A stretch of DNA of 64,000 bases from assembly GCA_964016885.1 (NCBI GenBank), contig OZ024746.1:19530001-19594000 (forward strand), given 5' to 3'. The notes under the pieces were generated by a model that had not been told where the DNA came from, searched no databases, and was given only the letters and a program-made list of their open reading frames with translations. Source of the stretch: Eledone cirrhosa (taxonomy: Eukaryota). Numbering within the stretch: the first letter of the stretch is position 1; every line of letters starts with the position of its first letter. Below are positions 53,081 through 64,000 of the stretch, one piece after another. Made by a program: the position numbers and the translations under genes.

Positions 53081-54382
53081 CTTTGTGTAACTCTGGACAG
53101 GATGTGTATGTATAACCCTTTAGCATTTAAACCAGCCATATCCGGCCAGAATTCTCTCACCTCTTTCTGTTCAAACTGGTCAAAACCGGCTGTTCATACT
53201 TATGTTAAAGTATTGTTCTCAAAATACATAATATCAAAATCTCGTAGATTCGGTATTATGTAAGATAGTCTCTACCATGAAAATACAATAGTAAATATAG
53301 AGTAATGTAAATGTTAAAGGGATAAACTATGATATCATTTGTGTATGAACAAAATCATGTATGAAATCCTTAATATTCTCTTCTCCATCAAATCAACTGC
53401 CCCAAATTTCTACATCTCAGACACAATCCACTCACAGATTTCAAATTATGTTCCACCTTCATCTTTATCATTAGTGTTGTCATTGTATGACCCCCACCCC
53501 CAACTCTAAGTTTCAGCCTCTTAAGAACTGAAATATTTTATATTTACAGCGCCTGTAATATTGGACTATGAACTGAAAGGTTCTTTTAATTGTATAATTG
53601 GGCAAGCTTACCAAATAGTGGAGGTGCATGTATGTTTGTTGTACTTATCATAATGCTGTGGGTTTGATTCTTGGACTGGGTTGTGTGTTTTGTTCTTGAG
53701 CAAAACACTTCATTTCACATTGCTCCAGTATACCCTTGTACTCTCAGTCACTTAACACTAACAGAAACCAGGATAAGCACTGAGTTGACCTCTAAACTCG
53801 AGACAGACTTTAGACTCTTTTTTTTAATTTTTATTATGGAGTATAAGTACCAGTTCATCTAGAAATATCATTTGAGATAGACTAGCATCCAGTCCCAGGA
53901 AAGGTTCATCTCTATTTTCTTAAGTGGTCTTTAAATCTCCATGGTTGCAGGAAATGTCTTTACAACCCAAACTGTTGGTTTATAGCAAAGGTTTTATTTT
54001 CTTTGTAATCCCATAGATTGGTTGATTGGTAGTTTTAGAACTTCTCTTCTTCTCCCACTTATTCCTGAGAAGGTCGTGAGAGAAGAATCCTCAAACACTC
54101 CTTTTGGCAGGTCCTGTCAGAAGCAACTTTCTCCAATTGACCCCACTGAATCTCTAAGTGAAATCAGCTGAGCTCATGGATTTTATCCAACCATCTTGCT
54201 TGGAGTCTACCCCTGGGTCTCCTGCTCGTTGGTTTTGCCTGTAAAATCTGTCCAGCGATTCTTTCACGAGACATTCTAACCACATGTCTGTAATATTGAA
54301 GCTGTGATCTCTCAATTCAGAGGAGTAGTGGCTCTACCAGGAGTGACTCGCTGATCTCCGAGCTATACACTCTATTAAATAA

Positions 54383-54561
54383 TTGTTTCTACTTTAGGCA
54401 CAAGGCCAGCAATTACCCAGTGCATTACTGGTACTTTATTTTATCGACCCCGTAAGGATGAAAGGCAAAGTCAACCTCGGCGGGATTTGAACTCAGATCG
54501 TAAAGGGACGTAACTATGCTGGAAAGCATGGCGTCCGACCCTCTACCGATACTGCCAATCC
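54383..54561 (-). mobile_element. Young Deu/Nin-like SINE nested in an RTE LINE fragment
   Basis: Near-identical to 39330-39514; interrupts the LINE remnant 54040-54640. Confidence 0.85.
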
Positions 54562-55094
54562 AAATGTTACTCTAATGACCCTTTGGCGGAACCTTATTTC
54601 AGCCGCTTGTATTTGTGATTGTATTCTTTCGGTTATTAGTTTTAGGACTTGGTATTATTATATCTGGCATTTAACTTATATGAAATGCCAATTGAATCCA
54701 TTTAATCTCTTAACAGAAGACCAAAATTATTTAAAATCATTCTTTTGTTGCTTCATAAAAATTAGAAACTTTAGATGGTCAATGTTAAAGAATATATTTA
54801 AATGTGTGTATACATTCATCAATACTAATCAATATTCAATTGCTATTTCAAGACAATAAACTTTGTAAAATTGACCAAAACAGCATCTTTAAATACGTTG
54901 CTATTGAATAATTTCTGTACAAACACAAAAGTTACACATACACATACCCCCCCCCCCCATACACCTACACCTATCCACAAACACATTATTTCTATAAAGA
55001 CACAGACATACCCATACAAAGTATTTAACATTATGTAATGTCTAAAGTTCATTTTCAATGATTCAAATTATCCTTCTTTTTTTTTTTCTCGCAG

Positions 55095-56347
55095 AGATTG
55101 ATTCAAATAATGATCCCTATAACCCAGTGGTCTTTTCTGGAAAAGAAAAGCGCAATCCAGGTGGATTGTTCCACTGGGAACGAGAATATGTCCATATGCT
55201 CATTCGACTTCATTCTGAGAAAGAACCAATTTTCAATAAACCAGGAATCAAGAAGAAAGATGTCTGGGCAATGATTGCTGATGAATTCCAAGCTAAAGGT
55301 TTCAATGTAACTAGTGGTCAGTGTGAACAGAAATGGAAGAACATAACCAAAAATTACAGAGATACTGTCGATCACAACTATTTCAGCAACATACAGAAAA
55401 CATGCCCTTACTTCAAAGAACTAGCAGCAATTTACCCTTATGATCCTAAAGATAAACAAAATAATTTTATTTCTTATCTCAGTCAAATGTCAAATTCTGT
55501 ATCACAACCACAAACAGTGCCAAGAGATTTACAGAATGGTCTTTCTGCTGTTCCGTCGACAAACACAATAACCACACCAGTCAGTGATTCAACTAATGGA
55601 TACTTTTGTGATTTACCTTCAAACATTTGTGTTACAGATAACCAAAATACTTCTTCAGAACTGTTGGTACAAACTTCAATAAAACAAGAAGTTTTAGATT
55701 CTGTAGAATTACAGTCACCTTCATGCCACTTGATATCTTCTTCTTCATTAACTCCATCAAATCAACAGTCCATCATTTCTACATCTCAGTCACAAGCCAT
55801 GCCACAGATTTCAAATTATGTTCCACCTTCATCTTTATCATTAGTATCTTCATTGGTAAACGATGAACCAACACCTAGTCTTTCATCAATGATATTGCAA
55901 TATTCACCTCAACCATTAAATAATGACTATATTCGGCTTCCATCTCAAGATTCACAGTCATTTAACATAAGACATCAACAAGACACCAGAGATAAATCTA
56001 GCAATCATTTACATGTAAACACATCATCCCAACATCAACTGTCCCGAGTATCTGTTGCACCTACAAACTCTTCTCCGATGCGCAAACAGTTCCGTGATAA
56101 CTTAACTCCTTCAAATTCTTCAGAAACGAATCATGATCATTATTCTCAGAGACGAAAGTGTCTACGTCGTTCTAGCTTTACACCGAACAATACTTTGGAT
56201 ATGTTGAAACAAATGAATGAAGAAAGGCGACGGGAACACAGAGAATTAATATCAACATTAAAACAACACCATAGGGAATATCTGAAGCAGGAGGAACTGA
56301 ATCAATCGCTTCTCACAACCCTTATTAGCCAAATCTCCAAGAAATAG
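55095..56347 (+). CDS. Myb/SANT-like (trihelix/MSANTD-type) DNA-binding protein, large terminal exon
   Basis: Non-repetitive ORF of more than 410 codons: W..E....LI......F...KKDVWAMIADEF..KGF.VTSGQCEQKWKNITKNYR...CPYFKELAAIY domain, S/Q/P-rich linker, C-terminal coiled-coil. The track's N-terminus MIQIILLFFFLA is really a polypyrimidine acceptor (ttttttttctcgcag, ending 55094). Confidence 0.88.
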
Positions 56348-56859
56348 GCAAATTGGTTGTTTGGTATAAATGTCAGCCACTTTGTCCAAAACCATCTAGA
56401 AACTTCTTATAATATATATAAACATAAAATATTTGTATAAATTAAAATTTCTAAAATTTGATAAGTCTTTCATTCATTACAGAAGCATGCTTGTTCTTTT
56501 TTAAATAGATCTATCATCATATTTCATCATTGTTTTAATGTCCATTTTCTCTGCTAGCAAAGGTTGGACAAAATTTATACAAAGTGAAATATATATATCA
56601 TAAATTTATACTAAGTGAAATTTGAGCCAAATCTTTGCAGCTCCTTAGACAAAATATTTTACAGCATTTAGTTATGACTTTCTACATTCTGATTTCAAAT
56701 CCCACAGAAGTTACCTATGCCTTTCATCCTTACAGGGTCGATGATATAAAATACCAGTCACACATTGGGGTCGATTTAATCGACTTTCCCCTCCCCACAG
56801 AATTGTTGATCTTGTACCTAAATCAGAAACCATTCTTATTAGTGTTGTTGTTGTTGTTA

Positions 56860-58750
56860 TTATAATTTCTTTATTAGCCACACAGGGCTGACATTAAGAA
56901 AACATTAAAGTCCGAACAGGATGATGCAATATTGGGTCTTGCATGTAAAAAGTGAAAAAAAATCAAGCAAAAGAAAATTCCCCAAATAGTGGGGGAGGGG
57001 GTATTTCTGAGAGTCACTCATGAAAAAAGCTCACAAAAAGTCAGTTACCCACTTCTCAGGTGTCTTCCTCCATTCTACATGTGCCATCTCAGAGCATGCC
57101 CATTCACTCGGACTTTGCTTACCACTCTCATCCACCTTCCAACAAACTGGGTGGAAAACAGCACTTCTCATTACAGTCTCATTAGCCTCTTCAAGTAAAA
57201 CTAAAAACTTAATCAGAGCTTTGCTATAGAGAAAAGTACTTGTCTTCAACCCCTTTAAGTATCCCCCCCCCCCCTCTACACACACACACAACCTCTTTCA
57301 CTATGGTCACCAGGCAGTTAAAATAACTGTCTGCCCTTCCCAGCTAAAGCAAGGTTTTGAGTTGAATTTCACAATGGACTCAGCTGATAATCAAATACAT
57401 CCTACAGGTGAAAGTAGATGTTCTACATAAACCCACAAGCCAGTAATGCTTGGACACTGCATAAGTGAGTCCAGGGCTGTTTTGTCATCCTGCACACATC
57501 TTGGACAGATCTGGCTGATGGCACTTCCATGCCTGTGGAGTTTATTTTGAATTAGCAATGTTCCCTGGTACCATTGCCTGGCCAGAGATTTCTGGAAGTT
57601 ATCAATGGGACCTGGACCAAAAATTCTCTGGAAAAGAGGGGCTAGTTGATTTCTTTGACACCTAGAATCTCCCCCAAAACATTGTCACTTTCCCCCACTA
57701 CTAACCATCTATATAGAACGACAAGCACCTCCCTCTTTATGTTCACTTTTCTTCTTCAAGTGGTATTTTACCAGATAACTGCTGTTTGACACAAGCCCAC
57801 AAATATATAATGCACGGACACTGAAAGATATCATATAGGATGGTTTTGTCATGTCCACATCTCAGGCTGATTCAGCTGTTGGCACGTTTGTGCCTGTCGA
57901 GCTCGTTTCGAACAGGCAATGCTTCATTGCATCACTGTGAAGCCAAGGACGTTTGGAAATTATTCACGGTCCTCAATCTGGGCGTCCTCTAGAACAGGGG
58001 TCTGAACCTTTTTTTTCGCTGTGGACCACCAAAATAAGTAATTTTTTCCTGTGGACCACCTAAACTTTTAAATCTTTTGTAATAGAACTGCTACTTATAA
58101 GCATCAGTAGATGTTTTTTTTTTCAATGAATTAGAAAATGTTATTATCATGTTGCAGTGCCTAAAAATCTACGCAAATAAACAGCTGAAGTCGTACTTAT
58201 GCGAAGAATAAGAACAGTGCTTTAAGTCAAATGCAGGGATCAAAAAAGAATTTTCTATTGAAAATTTTCTGTGGACCACCTGAATTTTCATGTGGACCAC
58301 TAGTGGACCACATGGACCAGGTTGAGAACCCCTGCTCTAGAACAGTCTACTCAGACTGTCCTCGTTGATGCTCAGAGAGTGGTTCCTAAGCCATCGTCGC
58401 TTATTCTCTCTCCACTAACTGTGTATAAAAAGCGAGTGTTGTTTTCAGACCTCTGTTTGTCTTGTCCAGCTGGAGTGCCGTAAGTGCTTGGCAGTATTCT
58501 AGTTGCCAGACACCTATCCTTGATCAGCAACGTCACCCATGGCTGGAGATCCACTGAGACGACGACGAGCAGTGAAAAAAAAAGGTTTCTAAGAAATGGT
58601 GCCACACCAATAAGTCGTTATTATCATCGTCACGGGAGTTGAGGTTTTTCTGTAGGCGTGATAAGCTCAGTGCGTGCCTGCGTATCATCAGCAATGATAT
58701 GGTAAGACCTCTACAGAGGCAGCAAATGAATTTCCTGACGCGTATGCATT
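56860..58750 (-). mobile_element. Tx1/L1-like LINE remnants (zf-RVT region, two tandem pieces)
   Basis: Minus strand NFQKSLARQWYQGTL...KLHRHGSAISQICPRCVQDDKTALDSLMQC at 57455-57620, with a second diverged copy at 57845-57990. Confidence 0.7.
57995..58334. mobile_element. hAT (Charlie-like) MITE, 340 bp, perfect 8-bp TSD
   Basis: CTCTAGAA|CAGGGGTCTGAACC ... GGTTGAGAACCCCTG|CTCTAGAA; internal gtggaccac subterminal repeats. Confidence 0.9.
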
Positions 58751-59042
58751 CCAAATCAGTTATTATGCATATGACTAGGTCAACACATGAGAATATTTCA
58801 GTAATTCTTTCACTTTAGTTAAAGCGGTTATTACACCTGCATCTTTACAATATTTTACCGATATTTTGTGCAGGAAGGTAAATTCAGGTAAAGTTCGCTT
58901 TTTTCATTTATATATTTTCTCAGTAAAATATATAAATACTTTTTAGAAATATTTACTTCTGCGCCAACAGATTGATTTTTCTCAGTTTCAGAAGATCCCG
59001 TAATAGGATGAAAGCAATGATTCTTTGCTTAAACTTTAATCT

Positions 59043-59099
<57 letters not shown>

Positions 59100-59962
59100 T
59101 ATATACAGTATATGTGAGGGTAATTAGTCGATCCCAGACTTTTTTTCACGTCTGATATGTACCTTTAACGTATTTCTTAGGAATATTCTGCCTGATACTC
59201 TGTGATAAGGCTGACCTTTTGAATTACGAATACAGGTCATATTTGGTAGCTGAAGAGACCAGAGCAGTGGTTCCCAAAGTGGGTTCGGCAAAGAAGTGTC
59301 TGGTGATCCATAAAAAAAAAGTAAAGGAGTATATTTATATTACGACCATATAATAGCAGTATTTGACTTTGGGGTTCCCCCCAAAGTTTCTGAACCAAAA
59401 AGGGTTCTGCGTTTGAAAAGGTTTGGACTAGATCAACGTAAAATAAAGTGTCTTGCTGAAAGCCACAACGAACCCCGAGCAACCTAACCATTAAGCCACT
59501 CGCCTTCACATTTTGTGATACTCTCTTTTTCTCCCGTAACTCTCTCGAGAGTCGTGGGGACGACGTATTGACATACGGCAATATCTTAGGGTATTTCATT
59601 TTTAAACTTAGCTGAGTCTATCTCCTCTCCAGGTCTGAACACCACAGATTTCTTGCAGAGAAAGATAGAGAGTGAGAGAATGGAAATGAAAAAAGAGATA
59701 TAGCGGAAGAATCAACCCCAGTACTAGACTGGTACATTTTTGTTTATCGACCTCGAATGGAGGCAAGGCAAAGTTCACCTCTGCGGGATTTGAACTCAGG
59801 GAGTTGATAGTCGAAACAAATACCGCAGAGCATTATATCCGTCATTCTAACGACTCTGTCAACTCGACGCCTATATTTCGTGATTAGAAGATATAGAAAC
59901 AAAAGAAATCCTATATAAGAAAACAGCGGGGCTTTTAGTCCATTTCTTTGTGCGTGTGTCTG

Positions 59963-60019
<57 letters not shown>

Positions 60020-60597
60020 ATGTGTGTATATATATATATATATAGTGTGTGTGTGTGTGTATATATATTGTTTCTTTTTACTTTATCAGTTTCCGGTATT
60101 TTTATCAGGTTTTACGTATTGACCAACTAAATGCTACACTTAAAGATAAAGTTAAGTTAGTTCAGTTGTTTTCTTGATCAATACGGTATTACTTCTCTTT
60201 AAAAATATTTCAAACGTTCAAAGAAGGAAATGGTGCATAAGTCCTAAACTAAATGGAGACCTAAATTTACATTTTATTAAGAAGATGGGGGTCATATCTA
60301 TCACCTGCCATGTATGTACTAAATACCCTGCCCTTATTTATTTTTAACAACCAGTGAAATAGCGCATGAGTTAAAAGTGCGCTGGTCGGTTACTTGATCA
60401 ACGAAGAAAGGTGTTGGGTATCAGGGTATCACATCTGGGGGAAGAAAAAGGAAAGTAAGTAAAGGATTAAAAATAAAAAAAAGAAGGTATCTGGCTGACT
60501 GCACACACGTGTTTTTTCTAAAAAAAAAAAATGTTTTTCCCGTTCCTTTCTCTTCTCATTCTCTAACTTTCTAATTCATCTTTTATTTCTCATTCTA

Positions 60598-60633
60598 TCT
60601 TCTGATGAAGGACTAGTGACCGAAACGTAAAGA
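60598..60633 (+). ncRNA. Minimal type I hammerhead ribozyme (separate family)
   Basis: tctt-CTGATGA-A-GG-actagtga-CC-GAAAC-GTA-aaga; palindromic ACGT in place of stem III; element tail runs into (TA)n at 60740. Confidence 0.62.
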
Positions 60634-60739
60634 CTCTTTTCCTACTATATCAAGTGTTAAACTAATATAGTTTTTCATTGTACAGCTCTAGCATCACTCC
60701 TTCGTATAGTCATCTTCTGAATTTTTCAGTCGACCCTCG

Positions 60740-60772
<33 letters not shown>

Positions 60773-60822
60773 AAGAATAAATATGCATAATGGTTTATTA
60801 CATCAATTTATTCGGAAATTTT

Positions 60823-60900
60823 CCATTACAAATGTTTCAACGGATTTGACGACTATGCAGTGTGTTGGTTCCATAGCATCAATCCAGTCTCTTCAGACGG
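60823..60900 (-). ncRNA. Type I hammerhead ribozyme with long stem II
   Basis: Minus strand ccgt-CTGAAGA-gactggattgatgctatg...catagtcgtcaaatccgtt-GAAAC-attt-GTA-atgg; lies between (TA)n and (CA)n tracts. Confidence 0.6.
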
Positions 60901-60946
60901 TCTTCCAAACATTAGTTTATCCACCCCTGGTTCTCTGGAGAACCTG

Positions 60947-61019
<73 letters not shown>

Positions 61020-63579
61020 TGTCTTGTGTAAACGAGTTCTTCAGGCTACGAAAATTACGAAGTAATACATTTTGAGCTAGTTGATCCCCACTTCTATTTG
61101 CTGCTCGTTTAATAGGATACTTGATTCCCTTCGACATTCATATTGTATTTGACATTTAACTAAGATCCTAAGATATGTTATCAATGTGTTTCGTTAATTC
61201 TCTCGAAGGGGAGAGGTATCCTTAGAACCAGCGGGTTAGGCAAACAAACTAACTTAGTTTTCTCTATTCTTTTCTCTGTTCTTTCTTCCCCCAGTGGGTC
61301 ATAATTATTATAAAGATTTTTAACATAGGCACGATAAGCAGTGAATAGGCAGAGACGTTAGAACGTTGTATAGAGAGCTCTACAGTATTTGTTCTGGCTC
61401 TCTACCCTCTGAGTTCAAATCTCGCCGAGGTGATCGATACAAATGTACAAGCCTAGTAGTACTGGTGGTCGATTCTTCCTCTATATCTCTTTCTCATTTC
61501 CTCCCACTCACTATCCTTTTCTGGGAAAAAAAAATTGCTATATTCAAGCTTCGAGAGGAGACGGGCTCGACCAGGCTTAAAATGCCGACAACTCCACCGG
61601 GAGTTACGAGACTCTACCATACATCTAGTACTCGTCAGTCATGTGACTGTTAATCCATTAAACTATCCGTTATATAGTTAATGTCATTCGAAATTGCTTA
61701 TTTCCTGCTGATAATTCGTTACCCAAAGATTATATTGGGTAAATTAAAAACAAAATTAATGAACCATTTAATCAACATTTACAATGCCTCAGTACTCTAT
61801 AAAGATCTTTGGATACAAGGTTATTAAAATGTATATCGATCCATTTAAATCCAGGATCTTCTCACTCCTGGTTGACCTTTCCTCTTTCTGTTTGGTTTTG
61901 GTAATGTTAGGGGTGTAGCCGTACTCACCAGGCTTGGCTAATTGCGAGTCGGTAAGAGTATTTAACTTATAGTTGAGGTGAATAGCCATTGACTCTGAGG
62001 ACTTCATCCGCATTTTTTTTCGGTCAGGTCAGTCTTCTGTCTGCTTCTGGTAACATGCAATCCATTACAACCTGCTTCATAGTCAAGTGGTCGGTGACTA
62101 AACCGGCTCCTCCACTAGATTCTGGTCTTGTGAGAAGGGTAAGTGAAACCCCAGTAACGCAAAAAACAAGAGCTGTTAAAAGGCGGGGATAAAAATACAT
62201 ATAATCTTTGAAAAATAACAAAGTTAAAGACTCTGAGATAGACACATATTTCATGCTGAATCTTATAAACAAAATAACGCGGCAGTTGTGATTTATACTT
62301 CTCAGAATAAACGATCAGAATTGATATATGTGGATGGTCAGAAATCAAAGTATTTGTTAAAATATTTTGAATTACCTAACAGTTGAAACCTGAATGCTTG
62401 TGTAACACAAACATTTGCCTCTAAAAAAACCAAAACAAGCAAATCATATGCTCTCTTATAATGGACCAGCGATACCCTATACACACTACCAGATACAGAA
62501 CGCTTTGTTTATTATACAGTTACATTATATCATACACTATATGAAATAATCCATTCTGTTGTGTAAACATATTTTCATGCACAAGATTTATTACATGAGG
62601 GGTAGAGAGAGAGAGTGAGAGAGAGAGAGGCTTATTGGTGAGGTATTGGTTGTAAACAAAATGTTTTTTTTTACATACAGTCTATATTGTGTTTGTGTGT
62701 GTGAGTGCTTGCATGTGTGTGTGTGAGTACTTGCATGTGTGTGTGTGTGAGTGCTTGCATGTGTGTGTGTGAGTACTTGCATGTGTGTATGTGTGAGTGC
62801 TTGCATGTGTGTGTGTGTGTGTGTGTGTGAGTGATTGTATGTGTGTGTGAGTGAGTGCTTGCATGTATCTTGGCTTGCGTGTGTATTCGTCGTCTAACGA
62901 TGTAAGAAATAGAATGGTAAAGGAACTTTGTCTCTGATAGACAGAACTATAAAAGCTCTAGTTCTAATGGGTGGTGGGTGGGTGGTGGACTGGGGTGTGA
63001 GGTGGGATGGAATTTACTGAAGTTAACAACAGCTTTTCTCAAAGCTGAAATATTCTTCTTCATTGAAATTCTAGCGAAACGATATCTCACCAAATGTATC
63101 ATCGCCGTTCAATAAAGTGGTTTAAACATAGTGCAAACTAATTTATCTAATGTGTATGGTGTGTGTGTGGGTGGTGGGGTGGGATGTGGTGTGGTGGGGG
63201 ATGTGGGGTGAGGGGTGTGGTGGTGGTGGGAGGTGTGGTGGCGAGGTGTGGGGGTGGAGGTAATCTGCTGTGAGGGTTGGTGGTGGATGTGTGGGGTGGA
63301 AGGGGTGGGTGGAGTTGGTCTGGTGGTGGAGAGGTGTGGTGGTGGAGATGATGAGACAAATTGCAAATATGTTTAGTTGATTATTGACAGGTTTCTTTGC
63401 CAGAAAGTATCGTTATTTACTTTCTAGTCCAATCCATTTCAAGCAAGTTGACGACAGAGCAATTTGCAGCTCTTCATTGCAAATCCTAACAAAACTTTTT
63501 AGTATTTGTTTTAAAATAGCGTGTTTATATAGATGTATGTGTGTGTGTTTATGTAGATGTATGTGTGTGTTTATGTAGA

Positions 63580-63616
<37 letters not shown>

Positions 63617-63699
63617 GTGTGTGTGTTTATGTGGATGTGTGTGTGGATGTGTGTGTGTGAGTGTGTTTGTGTAGAGGTGCATGTGTGTGTGTGTTTGTG

Positions 63700-63744
<45 letters not shown>

Positions 63745-64000
63745 TTATGTGGATGTGCATGTGTGTGTCTGTGTTTATGTAGAGGTGAATGTGTGTGTGT
63801 TTGTGTAGATGTGTATGTGTGTGTGTGTTGATGTTGATGTGCCTGTGTGTGTGTGTGTTTATGTGGATGTGTGTGTGTTTGTGTTTATGTGGATATGGAT
63901 GTGTATATGTTTATGTGGATGTGCATGTGTGTTTATGTAGATGTGTGTATGTGTGTGTTTGTGTTGGTGTGTGTATATATGAGGATGTGCATGCCTGTGC

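Noticed and set aside
55058-55094. Apparent signal peptide MIQIILLFFFLA
   Set aside because: It is the intron polypyrimidine tract and AG acceptor; a nuclear DNA-binding domain follows.

Overview
AT-rich, repeat-dominated eukaryotic (metazoan) genomic DNA. The very long (TA)n/(CA)n/(GA)n tracts, tRNA-derived SINEs and RTE/Tx1 LINE debris resemble cephalopod (octopus-like) genomes; this is inference, not a database result. Almost all ORFs in the track are microsatellite or minisatellite artefacts. One credible host gene is present: a Myb/SANT-like (trihelix/MSANTD-type) DNA-binding protein, with a large last exon at 55095-56347 and a candidate phase-compatible first coding exon at 45243-45342. 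The most striking structure is a set of at least 3 clear and several weaker families of short elements embedded in (TA)n tracts. Most are fold-back (inverted-repeat) structures carrying type I hammerhead-ribozyme cores, often on both strands. One family is linked by shared flanks and a covarying stem II to the 3' end of a 5'-truncated Penelope-like element (GIY-YIG ORF 866-1564). Near-perfect fold-back duplications of non-Penelope DNA also occur, mostly next to TA tracts. Also present: three non-autonomous Helitron-like elements, hAT/piggyBac/mariner MITEs, a SINE cluster, and four minisatellites (38, 18, 51 and 29 bp), two with higher-order structure. All ribozyme folds and alignments were done by eye and need computational confirmation.
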